A stretch of DNA of 64,000 bases, from positions 120,652,001 through 120,716,000 of the forward strand of contig OZ024740.1 in NCBI GenBank assembly GCA_964016885.1. The letters are read 5' to 3'. The notes beneath the pieces are model-generated. The model saw only the letters and a program-made list of their open reading frames with translations. It made no database searches and was not told the DNA's origin. Position numbers and translations under genes: made by a program. Each line of letters begins with the position of its first letter. Positions within the stretch are counted from its first letter, which is position 1. Of this stretch, positions 26,788-41,640 are shown piece after piece. This stretch comes from Eledone cirrhosa. Its lineage: Eukaryota.

Positions 26788-28603
26788 GCATTATATATAT
26801 ATATATAATGCTTTTTATCTTGATCAAAGCCTCTGAGGAAGTTGATCTCAAAATTCCAGAGGATCGAGAGAGGAGCATCAGCTATTCAAGGCGACTCATT
26901 GTCTCTTTAGACCCTGGACTGATGTACCGTAATAAGTGCTACTCTTATAGGACCTGATCTTACCATTAGTTCAATTTACTCAATTTTGTTTGTTTATGTC
27001 AAAATAGCTATTCTACACAAATTAATTGAAACTGAAATGAAACAATGATGAAAACATATTTACTAGGAAATATATAATATTTAAATATAAACAGTTCAAT
27101 GTTGCCTTTAATTCTTTCAGCATTGTTATGTAACAGTCAAATGCAATAGGTTCACAGAATTGTAAGAGTGTCAGATGAGATGTTTTGAAGTATCTTTTCT
27201 GGATTTTTTAAATCGGAGTCATGCACACTGTCCAACCCACGATCGGCCAGCATAGACAGATAATTCTGACATCAGTATAAATGTAGAGGCTTCATTCAAC
27301 AGTGCCTCAAAAATACCTCTGTAAAATAACAATAACACCCACTGTTATATATAACCTCGATTCCATCAGTAGTTTGTGTATGCACTTTTTTGACTTGGTC
27401 CTTTGTACTTCAAATTTAACACGTGTTTTTCAGTTCTAAAAACGCTAACCAAATCTGTGAGAACATTCAAATAACATTAGAGCATTCTTTCTTTCTTCCT
27501 TCCTAAAGATGCATTAATATTGCAATGAATTACTAAGAAAACTCAATTAAGCCTCTTTACCAAGCACATTATTGATAAATATCTAGAATATACCTAAGGG
27601 GAATATTTCTCATAAGTTTAGATATGTAATAGTTACAAGACTCAGAAATACATCACATTTTTCATGTAGCTATGTCGTAAAAAATTTAATAAATACACAA
27701 ACAAACCATACATTATATGCAATGATTTAAATCCCGAAAATAATTCTATGAAGAGTAGTTTTATGAAAGTATAAATTTATATTCTTTGTTGACAAAACAA
27801 ATTTAAAATGTTCTTTAAAATTTCTGTCTTCATTACTCTCCTTTTCATATTTCAAAATCTAGCAAAATACAAAAGAAAAAGACAGGATATTTCAAATCTT
27901 ATCCTGTTTTTATAAATGCTAGTGCTATGATAAATTTCCATCAGTCTACTCAGTTAAGTGGCAACACTGGTGCCATAGTAAAATGCGCCCAGTATATGCT
28001 GTAAGATTGTTCACATTAAAAAGGTCATCCAGCCATAGATATTATGTCACAATGAGAAGCATGACCTGTTTAGTCTCAGACATGATTGATAAAACACATA
28101 GTAGCATGGAAGAGAGATGTAAGACAGTGATGATCTTAGTGTGACAGGAAAAATTCTAACATGGATTTAGCTAATAGAAATTATGTCATAAGATGGACTA
28201 GTAGGCATTGCCATATTATCCAACATTTCATTAAATGTGTTAGAAGGCAATTCCATAAGATTTACTACTTTTCATCTTCCTTTGACCGAAAAACCTCTGA
28301 TAGAAAAATGAACAATTAATGATTAATACATAATGACTTCCACAACATTAAGTATTTTCTCATAGTATGTAGATATAAAAACACAAGATGATCTCTTGCT
28401 AATACAGGTCTAGAGAATGTTGAAATTTGTTCAATTTAATATCCAAAATATTTGTAAATGGTTACATGTCTGTGAAACATATACATATACACCATGTCCG
28501 AACACAAAGGAAACAAACTCCCACTGTCACTGCCTTGCTTAACATCACAGAGAAATATTATTATTAAAATTATTCTTTTTATTACATATTATTATTGCTA
28601 TTA

Positions 28604-28791
28604 GGGTGGTGGATTGGCATTATCGGTAAAGGGTTGGACGCCATGATTTGCAGCACAGTTACGTCCCTTTACGGATTGAGTTCAAATCCCGCCAAGGTTA
28701 ACTTTGCCTTTCATCCTTACGGGATCGATAAAATAAAGTACCAGTAATACACTGGGATAATTGCTGGCCTTGTGCCAAAAGTAGAAACAAT
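28604..28791 (+). mobile_element. full-length SINE family A with 17-bp target-site duplication
   Basis: A box tggcattatcggta, B box gagttcaaatcc, core gcctttcatccttacgggatcgataaaa. TSD tattattattgctatta at 28587-28603 and 28792-28808. Confidence 0.92.
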
Positions 28792-31700
28792 TATTATTAT
28801 TGCTATTATGGCATTTTTTCAAGAAGTAAATATATCATTTCATCTTTCTTTGATTATATTTTTCACAATTATTAATTAATATAAAAGGAAATGCATGAAA
28901 CTCGTCATACAGGAAAGCAAATTTAAAATAGTAACCACTTATATATTTATTAATATTTTTCTTTGACATGTAGACCTCTGGGTGTTTTATTAATTAGAGG
29001 GTAGACTATTCTATAAATTCAGACATTTATACACTTTCTTTTAACATTGCCTATTCACTCACAAAATAGGTTTCTTACCTATTTTCAAGTCTAAATCTCA
29101 ATAATTCCAACATCTCAACAAATTGTATAATATATATTCTGTGAGAATTCGAAACAGAATTAAAATATAAAATCTACTATTGAGGTTGTAGATGATCACG
29201 CCACCTAGCTTTGATGTTGGAGGCAGTCGATCAACTGCCCTTAGTTATGACGTCACGTTCTGACATCAGTAGCTGAATACACACTCTTCGACTTTGTCTC
29301 TTGAGGCGAGCAGACGCATTTCACTGTGGCGAAACAGCGATATCACACCATACAGTCACGGGATATTTGAACACCGCCACAAAATGATAATTATGAATTA
29401 CCAATCAAGGAGCAACTGATATGATAACCTGTTTTGTTTATTGCTCTGATTAAAATGCTCATGTACATATAATCTCGAAGTATGTTCTTTTTGCTTAATT
29501 GTTTACCTACACCTAACAACGCAGCCTTCTAAAATTGGTGACCAATTCTCCTAAAAGGTTTTGCAATCATATTAAGTTCATTGCCTTGATTTTTGTTGTT
29601 TTTTTCTAGTTTAAATACCATCAGTGTTGTAATAGTTTTCATCTCATTGAAATCTAATAAATCTAGAATGTCTATTAGTAATTGCTTTATCAAAAAGCAG
29701 ATTATTCCAGTTGACCTAGTTTATACAGCTGAAAATCAGATATCACACACATTTCAGAGATACATTGTTCGTGTTAAGAAATGTATACAGAAGATTTACA
29801 ATCCATAATATTTTAAACCTTGACATGTTCCGTCTGATCAGAGAAAGCTGTATATATGATTTCAACATTTATCACTGATCACAACATACAATCAATCATC
29901 CTTGTTATATACTCATTTTACATGCTAACATGGGCTGATCATAATTATTGCTCTCATTGAAGAGTCAGTGAACCATATTGTGCTCATATATATGTTCCAA
30001 TGTTAGCATGGTTCTTCTCAGCAGAATACTACCACCAATCACTTGAAAGTGTGTACAGTGTGCAATTTGTTGTGATATCAGCACTAGTTAGGTTGTCATG
30101 TCTTTAACAAAACTAAAGTGTTCTCTCTACATGATATTGTCTTCATTTGTTTGCCAATAATAAAATATTATATCGTGTATAAACAATAGAATTCCACAAC
30201 CTAAGCAGTATAGTTGCTTTCATAAACTATGTAACATACAAAAAGGTATTGTTTACCAATATATAGAAACTATTTTTACAAATATCATTGGAAATATTAA
30301 AATATTTGAAAAAATAAACATGGCTATCAAAGATTTAATTTAAAAACATTTTTGTACACTTGTATACAACTTTGTTTTTATTGAATTAATTCCATAAAAG
30401 ATAATATCTGGCAGCTAAAATGTTTTATTCTTTTTTCTAACCACAACTGGTTCAAATACCTTAAGAACATGGAAACAGTGTTCTTGACATCCTACTATGA
30501 AAGAGAAGCAGCATTTATTCATTAATATCAGTTCTTGGTTCTTGTGATCATTTGTTTTTAAACAGCTTGCATTTTGAATTATGCCATTGGCTCTTTCTAT
30601 ACTAAATATTTTAGTTTTGTTTTTTTTAATTTATTTAATAGCAATATTCTCAATATTTTAATATTCTCTTCAATTTTAAACATTTTTTTATTCATATGAT
30701 ACCATTATGTATTGATAGAATTTCTACACTAGATAAAAAAAATTCTCCAAAACAATATATTCACTAATATTCATAAATGATTAGAAAAGGGTTAATGCAT
30801 GTTTAGAACCAAAATTAGCAATGATGTGAAGGCTTTGTAGTTACACTGCTAGGCTCACAATAATAAGATCATGAGTGTAGTTAAACTGTTGGGCTCACAA
30901 TAATAAGATCCTGAACCAGATATCAATTTGTGTACTTGACCAAGCCACTTTATTACACATTGCACTAGTCCACTTAGCAGAAGACTACAAGCTGTGACAA
31001 CATTGGTGCCAAGCTTTATATGCATTTGCCTTTGATGTTGATGACATTGGTGTTGTGGAGATAGGAGATATACATGCAGGATTGTTAATTTAGGAGAGCT
31101 ATACCGATGGTTTAACTGGCAATGATACAAAACCTATGGTGACGAAAGCCTTTCCCTTCTCTGTAGCAATGATATATAGCATGAATACTATATCTTTGCA
31201 TAAAATTGTCATTGATAGATAACTGTTTTAATGAGATCACCTAATTAGTGCTAACATTTGAAGTGAATATATTGAAAAACTTGTGAATGATCTTCAGGGC
31301 GCTATACCACTATTGGCAATTGTTTCCCTCTGCATGTAGAAGCCCATTGTATGAAGCATGTATAAAGGGTGATACTGCATGGCAAGGAAACATAGTAATA
31401 GAATCTAGAAAATACAATTTGTGAAGGCTTGAGGGAAATGAGTCAAGTATGATTAATTAGATGTATAACAGTATATCTTTTGATTGCAAATTTCCTAACA
31501 CCATCCATTGTTCTAGAATGGAGGAGCATTTGTTTAAAAGAGTTCATATTTAAATTTAAACCTTCCATTATAATTTTATGTAAGAGTCTTTTCTTAAGCC
31601 TTAACTTAATTATGGGAAAGTTTTTTTAAAAATTATACATGAAATTAATTAAAAGTGTATGCAGTGTATTTCATACGAAATATGGTCATGAAAAGATTAT

Positions 31701-31977
31701 GTAATAAGAACAAAGGCTAACAACATCAAACGAAGTAGCTTATCTATGCACTATAGACAACTGTTTTGTTATTTATAGTAAGTGCTGTGAAAAAAGATAT
31801 TGTAAAGTTTTAAATGAAGGTTCCTGTATCAGAGGAAGATGAAAGAATAAATGGGAGGATGAGGTAAGGTTATATGTAAGGTTATACTTGAGATGATGGA
31901 GGATTGAGATGAGTGAAAATTTGCTGTATTGCAGCTCATCCATACAATGCAATGTGGGAAAATGTCTATCAACCCTT

Positions 31978-32205
31978 TTAACCTTTTAGCATTCACATTA
32001 TTTTATATATACTATTATATTTTAATGGTAAAGGCTTTACCTCACATAATTATCTCACATAATATCGAATCTATGAGATTTTGAAAGTATTTATTTTGAA
32101 AACAATACCTTAACATCAGTTTGAGCGATGAGTTACAGCCAGTTTCAACAGAAAGAGGTAGAGAATTCTGGCCGGTTTTGGCCAGTTTGAACACTAAAGA
32201 GTTAA
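31978..32205. mobile_element. TTAA-flanked MITE (piggyBac-like, degenerate)
   Basis: ttaa-ccttttagcattca ... tgaacactaaagag-ttaa. Related 'aagggttaa' ends recur near 30795, 32432, 34757, 37475 and 39024. Confidence 0.55.
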
Positions 32206-33611
32206 TATCAGCTCAGCCCTGCCAAAACCAGCTCTAGTTTTATGAAACAAAACCACCTAATTTAAAGTGTTTGTATATAAATTCTTATCTTCCAAAATAA
32301 TTTTATACAAGGATCATTTATTATAAATGCTATCTTAGTAATTATATTCTTAATTTTAGTAAGTCATACAAAATTCCTCATTAATTACTTGAAATACAAT
32401 TTGTCATTAGAAATATGATAATAAAAGGGTTAAAATGTTGAAGACGATGACAATATTTAATTCAATATTTGAGTAGCTTCATGACATTGATATTTCCAGC
32501 TTGATTTTTCTTCATTATATATCATGTGTTCAGGTCATAATTTGAGTTTGAACTGATAAGTTGGTTTTATGTGATATCTTGGTTCAACCAGGTATGTTGC
32601 CAGGAGTCAATCATGATGTTCATGTGCATACTAGTCATATTAGTCTGAAATAGGTAGTGAAGTTTTCAAAAAAGACTAACATTCATATTTTTAATGTGCA
32701 TATTTGTCTTAGTTAATGTTCCCCATCACAATTATCTTCATAAATACAGATATCTGTGAGTATGTATTTTGAAGCATGTGTAAAATATAGCAATATTGTG
32801 ATGATTTACTTGGGGGAATTATTGCAGGCATAATTTCTTCACTTGCAGACTGAATCTTGAAATACCAAATTATTTACAGACAAAGGGAAACAATTTTCTT
32901 TCTTTTTTTTTGTGCCAAGTATTGGAAATTGTCTGTAACACTATTAGTCTAGTAGTGGTTATTGTTATCGAATATGTGTACAAATTAAGAATGCATTCCA
33001 AGTGTCTAAAATTTTCAAACAGTAGACAAGCTATTTAAATGTCATTCAGTGTAACTCATTTAAAATGCATGAAATGCTATGAAGAAAATGAAAATCATTT
33101 GAATTCTCTTTTGATTAATAGCATATAGAAATATAAAGAAGAAAATTAATGTAAAAACAGTCATACATATCTGATGGAAAAACAATTTGAAATGAAATAT
33201 ATCAATATACTATTTGAGAGTTTAGATTTATTTCTTTTGTGTAGTGTCTATAGGGTAAATAGTGATAACAAAGACATTTTAATTGAATTAAATAAGATAA
33301 ATGAATATAGAGTTATTCATTGTGATTGGTTGAAACTGCTATAATATAAACATCAATCCTATTGAATGAGAGTCTCTTCAGCCTGTGTTCTACAAACTAG
33401 TCTTACGACAATACTGTTTAATACATTTTAAAATAAACTTTTCGGAATGTCTGAGATGAGAAATTATCATCAACATTGTAAGTTAATTTTTCCATGCTTG
33501 CATGCTTTAGATATATAGTGTCCAGCACAGCCTGTGTTTCTTACTCATTTCCTCTGTGAGGTTCAGTGTTTGAGTAGGTGTATTTCACCATAATAACCAA
33601 TTAATATACTA

Positions 33612-33930
33612 TGAAGTCATGTGGCATAGTGGTTAGAATGTTGAACTCACAATTGTAAGGCTTTGAATTTGATTCTCGGACAAGGCAATTTTTTGTGTCC
33701 CTTTCACATTACTCCAGTTCACTCAGCTGCAAAACTGAATTGCGATGTTACTGGTACCGATCTGTATTGGCCTTTCCTTTTTTCCCTTGGACAACATCAG
33801 TGGCATAGAAAGTAGAAACTGCTATGCATGTGGTCATCCACAAAACTGCTGGTCATCCACAAAAACACTTTGCCCGGAATTGTGCATTGGTGGGAACTTT
33901 CTGTGTGTAAATCCCATGTCCATACCCTTT
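33612..33930 (+). mobile_element. tRNA-derived SINE, family B (diverged; another copy at ~38550-38830)
   Basis: A box gtggcatagtggttag and B-box-like tttgattctc, homologous to 49990-50128. Confidence 0.65.
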
Positions 33931-36900
33931 ACCCTAATATACTATGATTGAATGCAATTAGTGTTCTTCAAATTGCACTTTTCCAAGAAGGCAATGATAA
34001 CTATAACAACTATAATGAATAGTGAATTAGCAGTCATTAGAATAGTATGTTAACTGTTTCAATATATGTTTTAACTCTCTGCACTCAGAGTTCAATTTTT
34101 ATTCCATCCTCTTGGAGTTTGTAAAGTACTGGTCCAGGGGTGTTGGATTGGCAGAAATATAAAAATATTAGGTTGGATATTTTCTGGCATCTGATCAGGA
34201 TTTTTATATTCTGAGTTTAAATACTGCCTTATTTTGCCAATAATTGTCTAATTCTTCTTTGCCCACTTATTCTTGAGAGAGTCGTAAGGGCAGAGTCCAC
34301 AAAGACTCCCTCCAGTGGGTCATGTCACCAACTGATTTGGCTGGAATCCCAAGCATGACCAGCCAAGCTCATGGATGTTATCCATCTTCCTCGGGGTCTA
34401 CCCATGAATCTCTAGCTGGTTGGTTTTGCCCTTAAAATCTGTCCAGCAATTGCCAAGAATTGTGACAGGGATAATGGCAACAGTAGAAAGGCCAATGGAA
34501 ATGGATTTCTTGGTTCAGTTATTGTAATAAGTACCAGAGAAATTCAAATAAACCTTTGGTTTCATAACAAAATAAAAATACTCTTTGTTCAGGAATATTG
34601 CTAATTTTCTCATTACTAAGGTGTTTGGAGCATAACATAAACATGTTTTCTACATTACGATCGAAGGTTTTTAGATGAATATAAACACATTAAATTGAAT
34701 AGCTTTGTATTGCAGAAACATTGATTGTTTCAGGTGGTTTGGTATCATAAGGGTTAAAGATAGGCTAATAAAATCCTTGACTGAAAGTCAGTGATTAAAA
34801 AATAATTTTTTTTTAACATTTACAATAAAAAAAAAGCTCAGTTGTAACTGAAATAATTTGACTAAAATAGATTAGAAATTGTAAGTGACAAAGTAGTCCT
34901 AGTTGTAAAGGTGGACAAAAATATCTTTACAACAGCAATCCCTAAATATGCTGGCAACCAGGAAGCATTTCTAGCAACAGTGGGAAGATGAAAGCTTACC
35001 TGGTAATGATAAGTATCTCATCATATCCATCTATCTAAAACCATTCTTTAGGGCATAGTTGACAAAAAGGAAGCTGACAAAGAAATTCCTAGACTGACAT
35101 CGGACTGGACATATCCCAAACATTGCAACACTTGTGTATGACAACGTACATAGATCAGTGATGATTGCTAACTGCCAGAAAATCTAGAGTGGCACTTGAG
35201 CAACTGGTTGCACCAGTTACAAGAAGATAATGATGATGATGAATATACTGACATTTCTTGATGGCATTGATTTAAATAATTGTGTAAACTATATAGCATT
35301 ATGTCTGATTCTTCCATGCCCTTTACACTAAGAACTGAAATTTCTTCAAAACAAAATCAAAATTTATTCCAATGAACCTCTTTTAGTACAAACTTTTAAC
35401 TACAATTGCTTTCACTAAATGAAGTTATTAATCTAAAAGATCAATAAAGGTAGTCCAATTAAGATTGTATTGAGCAAATTTGGTTAGGAAAATTCCTTTT
35501 AAGCTACACAAAGCAATTTATGAACTATGCTGATTACATTTGATAATATATCATCGAAAACACAGGTGGAGAATGGGTAGGTAGCATGAATCAAAGTTGA
35601 TGAGATATTGATGTACAAAATATCAAATGAGGGTCATTACTACTTTGCTACAATAGATAAAATGTTGATGCTAAATTATCTAAGTAGATAAAAGATATTA
35701 ATATGACATAGGAATCAGAAGGAAAGAATGGAAATAAAAGACAAATAAGTCAGACGTTTGTAAATTATAATAAAAAGAATTCAGAGAGAGCCAGTGAGAG
35801 ACAAAATATGAAGCAAAACAAAGAACAAGGTGGGTAAGAATGCAATAGAGAAAATGCAGAGAACTAGAAACTAAACTACAGATAAAGGTGCGTGTGTGTG
35901 TGTACGTGTGTGTGGCCGGGTAACTGCAAGTGAAAGAGATAAACAGATAAAAAAATAGATATGTTGATAAGCTATGAATGATGTGATGGAAACAGGATGA
36001 GTTTGAGAGAATAAAGTAAAATAACAGCAATCAAAAAGGATTAAAGGCGGATGGAAAGAATGGAATTATGTGTGTGTGTTTGTATGAATATCAGAAAGTG
36101 AAGAAGCAAAAAGAGGAAATTAGAAGAGAGTGAAAATATTAGAGTAAAAGGGGAACTATATGTGTGTGTGTGTGTATGTGTGTGTAGTTAGGTAAGAATG
36201 GTTAGAAAGAAGGGAGAAGGGATTTATAAATTAATACAAATAGAGAAGTAACAATTGGCATGTAGGAGTGAGAACATCTAAGCAAGAATGGGGATGAGTG
36301 AGTAGGAAAGAGATAAAAAGAAAGTATGAAAAAAGAAGGAAGGAAGGAAGGAAGAAGAACGAAAGAAAAAGAAGAAAGAAAGAACGGAAAGAAGAAAGAA
36401 AAATGAAGAGAAGGAAAGGAGAAAAAAGAAGAGAAGGCTAGAACAAAAGAAAGATAGAGAGAGAGAGATAAATGAGTTAGTGAAAATATTTTCTAAAATG
36501 TAATGAATAAAACAATAACAAACAACAAAATAAAGCAAGACACTGAAAATAAAAAAAAACAACAACAGAAAATAGTAATAATAATAAATAACTTAAAATA
36601 AAAATAAACAGCAGATATTCTGGCAAAAATGTGGTTTTAATCAACAATTTGACTGAGTTTCTGTTCTGTTATCAGTGAGAACAATCTAAATGGATGGTTT
36701 TCTATTTTCTATTTTTTTTTTTCAGTGGAAATTATCGATTACTTCATGCTCAGTGAACCAGAAGTAAGAAAGCAAAACTGAATTTCTGTTTCACAACGAA
36801 AGATATAGGCAAAAGGATAGAAACTAACCCAGATTCAATTTCAATTCATTATTTAATTTTATGTCTGTCTATTAATTGCATTCTTATATTTTCTTTACCA

Positions 36901-38121
36901 TTTTAATGACTTACTGTCGCTTACAAAAATTGGAGCAATGCATTTCAAATGTAATTATTCAAAGATATTTTACATTAAGTGGTTGCCACATCATTATACA
37001 TACAAGCACACAAACAAAAAATACACATATATGTGCATAGGTGTGTGCGTGCGTATGTGTGTGTGTGTGTGAGTGAGGGAGAGAGGGGGAGGAAGAGAGA
37101 GGGAGAAAGAATGGGTGGGTTGTGGGGGTGTACATCAATGTATGTGATGAGAGTGACAGAGAAGCAGATAGCATAGGAGACAGTGATAGAGGGAGTTCTA
37201 TGTATACAAAGTTTAATTAACTGGTCAAACAAAGAGCTCAGCAGCTTATGATACAATCCCCACTAAAACTGTCTATAGTTCGATAAAAAAAATACACTCC
37301 AAATTTAAAGAGTTTTTATTTAAATTAAAATCTTTCAACATAGTTGTATTTAATAATCAAATGTTAAGGTACAGTCTTAGTAACAAAATAATTAATAATT
37401 TAGTAAAGCCCCATAAATACTTAATTAATAAATTGAAATATTATTTCATTAGAAATACGGTTATGGAGGGGTTAAGTGATTGCTGCATCATTAACCATAA
37501 ACACAGATACAAGCAGTTGCACAAATTCATATGTAATTTGTGCTCATGAGTGTGTACATCAGTGTGTCAAATGAGAGAGACAGAGTAAGAAAGTACTATG
37601 CATACATAGTTAATTAATTGGTCAAACAAAGAATCTAGTAGCTTTTGAGTTGATATAACACAATTTATTTCTCATCTCTCTTCCAGCTAGTACATTTACT
37701 TCCATTTCAGAAAACTAAGAACATAAAATTGAAATCCTCTAGTCACACCTATTTCAATTTTAGTTAGTAAGATTAATTTTATATGTTGCTATGTAAATTA
37801 AATATGTTATTACACTCCAAATACCTATGTTGAATAAATGAGGAATGGGTCAAGATTGGAATTTTAGATAAATATACAGCAATCAGTCAATGAAATTGAT
37901 ACATGGGTTGACAGAGATGATCGATTGACTCCTACATGTTGCTGTTTCTTTTACTAATTATTTTATAAAATCAGTTTCAATTTCAAAAGCTACCTTGACC
38001 AATGCAATGATTAAAGTTATTGTTTACAAGTTAAGAATTGGACACCATTGATTTTTTAGTTGTTCAGTAAATGCCACGTCAACTTATTATATTAATTTGT
38101 AAGACCCTGAGTATTCCTCAA

Positions 38122-38183
<62 letters not shown>

Positions 38184-41100
38184 TTAATATAGAAATGATT
38201 CTCTACAAGATTCTCTACAAGATTCAGTGTGACTCAGACACTTATAAATTTGGCCTTTTGAATTACAAATACAGTGCATTGTTTGAGCACTGAAACTATG
38301 TCATGCTCATACATTCCATTTTTGGTGTGGTATGTAAGGCTGGAGGCACTTCTTATACACAAACCACCTTACAAGTATGTATGGTATGCTTCTTACAGTG
38401 CTACTAGCACTAAGTAATTCAAAAGGCTGAATGTCAGTAATATAAAGTATATCTTGTAATCTGAAATCTATATAAGAGGAAAATACTACAATGGAAGAAG
38501 GGAAGTGGAAAGAAAACCATACAATAAAAAGAGAGTATATGCACTCTTGTGAAGATGTGTGACTTAGTAGTTAGAGTGTTTGACTCAGAAATGTAAGGTC
38601 ATGGATTTGATTACTGGCGGTGCACTGTCATTGAACAATGTTGATCCAGTCCTTTGGTCTGCCTTGCCACACAATGTGTTGTGCTAAATCTCCCAGAAAA
38701 CTACTTGAATAGTGCACATGTCTCTGCAATGCTTAATTTGCACAGTAATTTCATGAGCAGATAGTTCTATTGTTAAAAAAACTGGATCACTCAGCCCTTT
38801 TGTTATCAACCTGATGAAAACTGCCACTGAATTCAGGAAACAAAACATTTTCAGGGAATTTTATTTAGATTAATATCTTTCAATATAATTTTATTCAGAA
38901 ATACTATGGTATGCTATGATATTGGTAATGGAATAATTAAATATTTTAGTAAATCCCTCAAAATTCTTCATTTATGATTGAAATAGAATGTGTTTCATTA
39001 GAAATATAGCCATGAAAGAGTTAACTATACTAAATATCTCGTATATATTTTCAATATTAAGTAGAATTAAATAAGATCAGAAAGATATTCACAATGTACA
39101 ATGAAATGATTCAAAATAAATCCATTTTGAAAATAAACTTTTTCTTTTTAAACAGAGCTGTCAACTTATGCACGTTGGAATTGATACTTGCGAGGATGCA
39201 ACATTTTCATGGCTCTGAATTATTTCTTAATATATGAAGATACAAATATATGGAGACAATGAATAGAGGCATATAATATTTATCACTTTTCCAACAATAT
39301 TAGAAGTATAACTGAAATGATTCTCACAGGGTTTTATATGATGTTTACTTTTTTTCCATTTTTATAGAACATTATCATGTGCTCAACACTAGTTATATAA
39401 GATGACAGTTTGCGCAATGACATTTTTTTTAAAAACTGTCGCATGTTTCCTTGTTGTCTAAATTGAAATACATATGATTATATCTGCAAGACTCACACAA
39501 CTTTGGCTTTATTACGTAAACTAAATGGCCTTCCATCAGTTTTGACGATGAGTGTTCTTTCTAGTTATTTGATCAGGTGAATACCCTACTCATTAAATTA
39601 ATAAATCTAATGTCATTAAATCAAGTAATAATCTACATTATCAAGTATTCTAAAAACAAGTGTGCATTTAATGTAATTCTCAGGGAGATTCAGCATGACA
39701 GTTTGAGAAGGTTGTTCCATTGAAATAACAATCAATTCAAAAAGCTTCTAAAACATTTCTGTTAAATAAATTTTCTTCACAAGGATTTTGTTGACCCAAG
39801 GCACTGTTAAAAGGTACTTGCTAAAATGCCACACAGTAGGTTTGAACCCAGAGCCTCATTATTGTGAAGTGAATCTGTTAACTATTCAGCAATGCGGCAA
39901 AGAAAAATGTTGATGAATATATACGGACATTATAGGCGGAATGCAAAAAAAATAAACATGGAAATATAATGCAATGGATATGTAGAATGATGGAGGGAGA
40001 AAGTAGAAAAATCTTGGAGTATATAGATGGCAAAGAAAAATTGATGAATTTATACAGACATTATAAGTGGAATACGTTAGAAACCAGCTTGCTCGCTTCA
40101 TAATTTGTAGAATGAATGCAAGAAAAATAATAAACAGGGAGATATAATGTAAGAGATATGTAGAGAGAGAGAGAGAGAGAGAGAGAAGAAGAGAGTGGAA
40201 GAGATGTGGGGAATGAATGTATTTATTTTTGTTGTTACTATATATGTTATTGGACATTTCATTACCATATTTCTAATGGAAGGCACTGCTTATGAGTTTC
40301 AAACAAATTTGAAAATAATGAAAACTTTTGAGGGAGTTCATACAAAAACTATTACATTATTAAGTAGGTGTTTCAATCCTAACATAAGAAAAATGCTTAC
40401 ATAGATTTATAATGGAATATTTTTTAGATAAATATAAATAATTTAAAACAATCAGAATGTATCGTAGAACCAGGAAAAGTTTTCGGATAATTGATATAAA
40501 AAGATTTAGTATTACAATTAATCATCGTCATCAGCATCATCTGGTATAACATCTTTACCTGTCATAAATATTGAATGTAAATACATTGCCTGATAATCTC
40601 AGCTTATTTAGCAATTATTTAAAAAAAAAAAATTAATATTTATATTATTATGAATCTAATTTATACACTAGAGACTATGTGGGACAAGCTCACATAGTTT
40701 AAGACAGAAAGTTTGTTTGAGATATGAGATTGATAAGTTAAGGGGCCTAACATAGATGAGACATGTATAAGGTAGGAACAATTGATATTTATTCAGAGGG
40801 GGTATTTGCTTTGCAATGGGTTGAGAATGATGTTGTTGGTAATGGTATTTCCAACATCAACAATGAAAATGTTAATCAAATTATTTCCTTATTCGCTCAT
40901 ATAGTTTATATTTTGTAACCATACTTTTTTTTAAAAGTTTGGAAGCATGCTTGTTTTGGAAGTATTTGAGAGGAAAACAGATTTGAAAGTAATTACAGCA
41001 CAGAAGAGTTATTTTACCCATTTAGAAAACACTAAAAACTGTTAAATTCAATCCATATTTGGTGTCAATACTTGTAGCACTGTTGCAACCTGGGGTCAAT

Positions 41101-41460
41101 GGTATTTTAAAGTATTTTTATTTATTTACAAACCTTCCGTCATAATTTTATGCAAGAACATTTTAAAGTTGCTTTAAACACCAGCTTCATAAATGGAAAG
41201 TTTGTTCTATTACTAAATCCCCCAAATTCTTGATTTATTTGAAAATAATTTAAACATCATAGGCAGTATATTTCATAAGAAATTTGGTAACAAAATGTTA
41301 AGTGTTTTGCAAAATGCTAGCTTATAAATCAGTAACCCTTTCACAGGATATGTATGTAAATATGTATAATATGTAGAATCCTGAGTTGTGTCAGGGGTTA
41401 ACCACAGTTAGAAAAAGGACTCAATAATTTGGTAGATATAGGCATCTTTATTTTATACAA

Positions 41461-41550
41461 AGAAATTACATCTACAAGACTAGAACTGTTTCATACATCA
41501 GGAATGATGTCATACGAATGAAACACTTCTATTTCTGTAGAAGTCATTTA
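41461..41550. repeat. old imperfect hairpin, probably a PLE pLTR remnant
   Basis: aaattacatctacaagactagaactgtttcat / atgaaacacttctatttctgtagaagtcattt, with GAAAC in both arms. Confidence 0.45.
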
Positions 41551-41605
41551 TATATCATCATCATCATCATCATTCTACGTCTGCTTTTCCCTGCTTGCAA
41601 GGGTG

Positions 41606-41640
<35 letters not shown>

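Noticed and set aside
30836-30910. 40-bp tandem duplication (also a ~60-bp direct repeat at 37193 and 37592)
   Set aside because: Real, but ordinary local duplications with no further structure.
36278-36565. F/S/L-rich 95-aa ORF
   Set aside because: It is an antisense reading of a low-complexity GA-rich tract.
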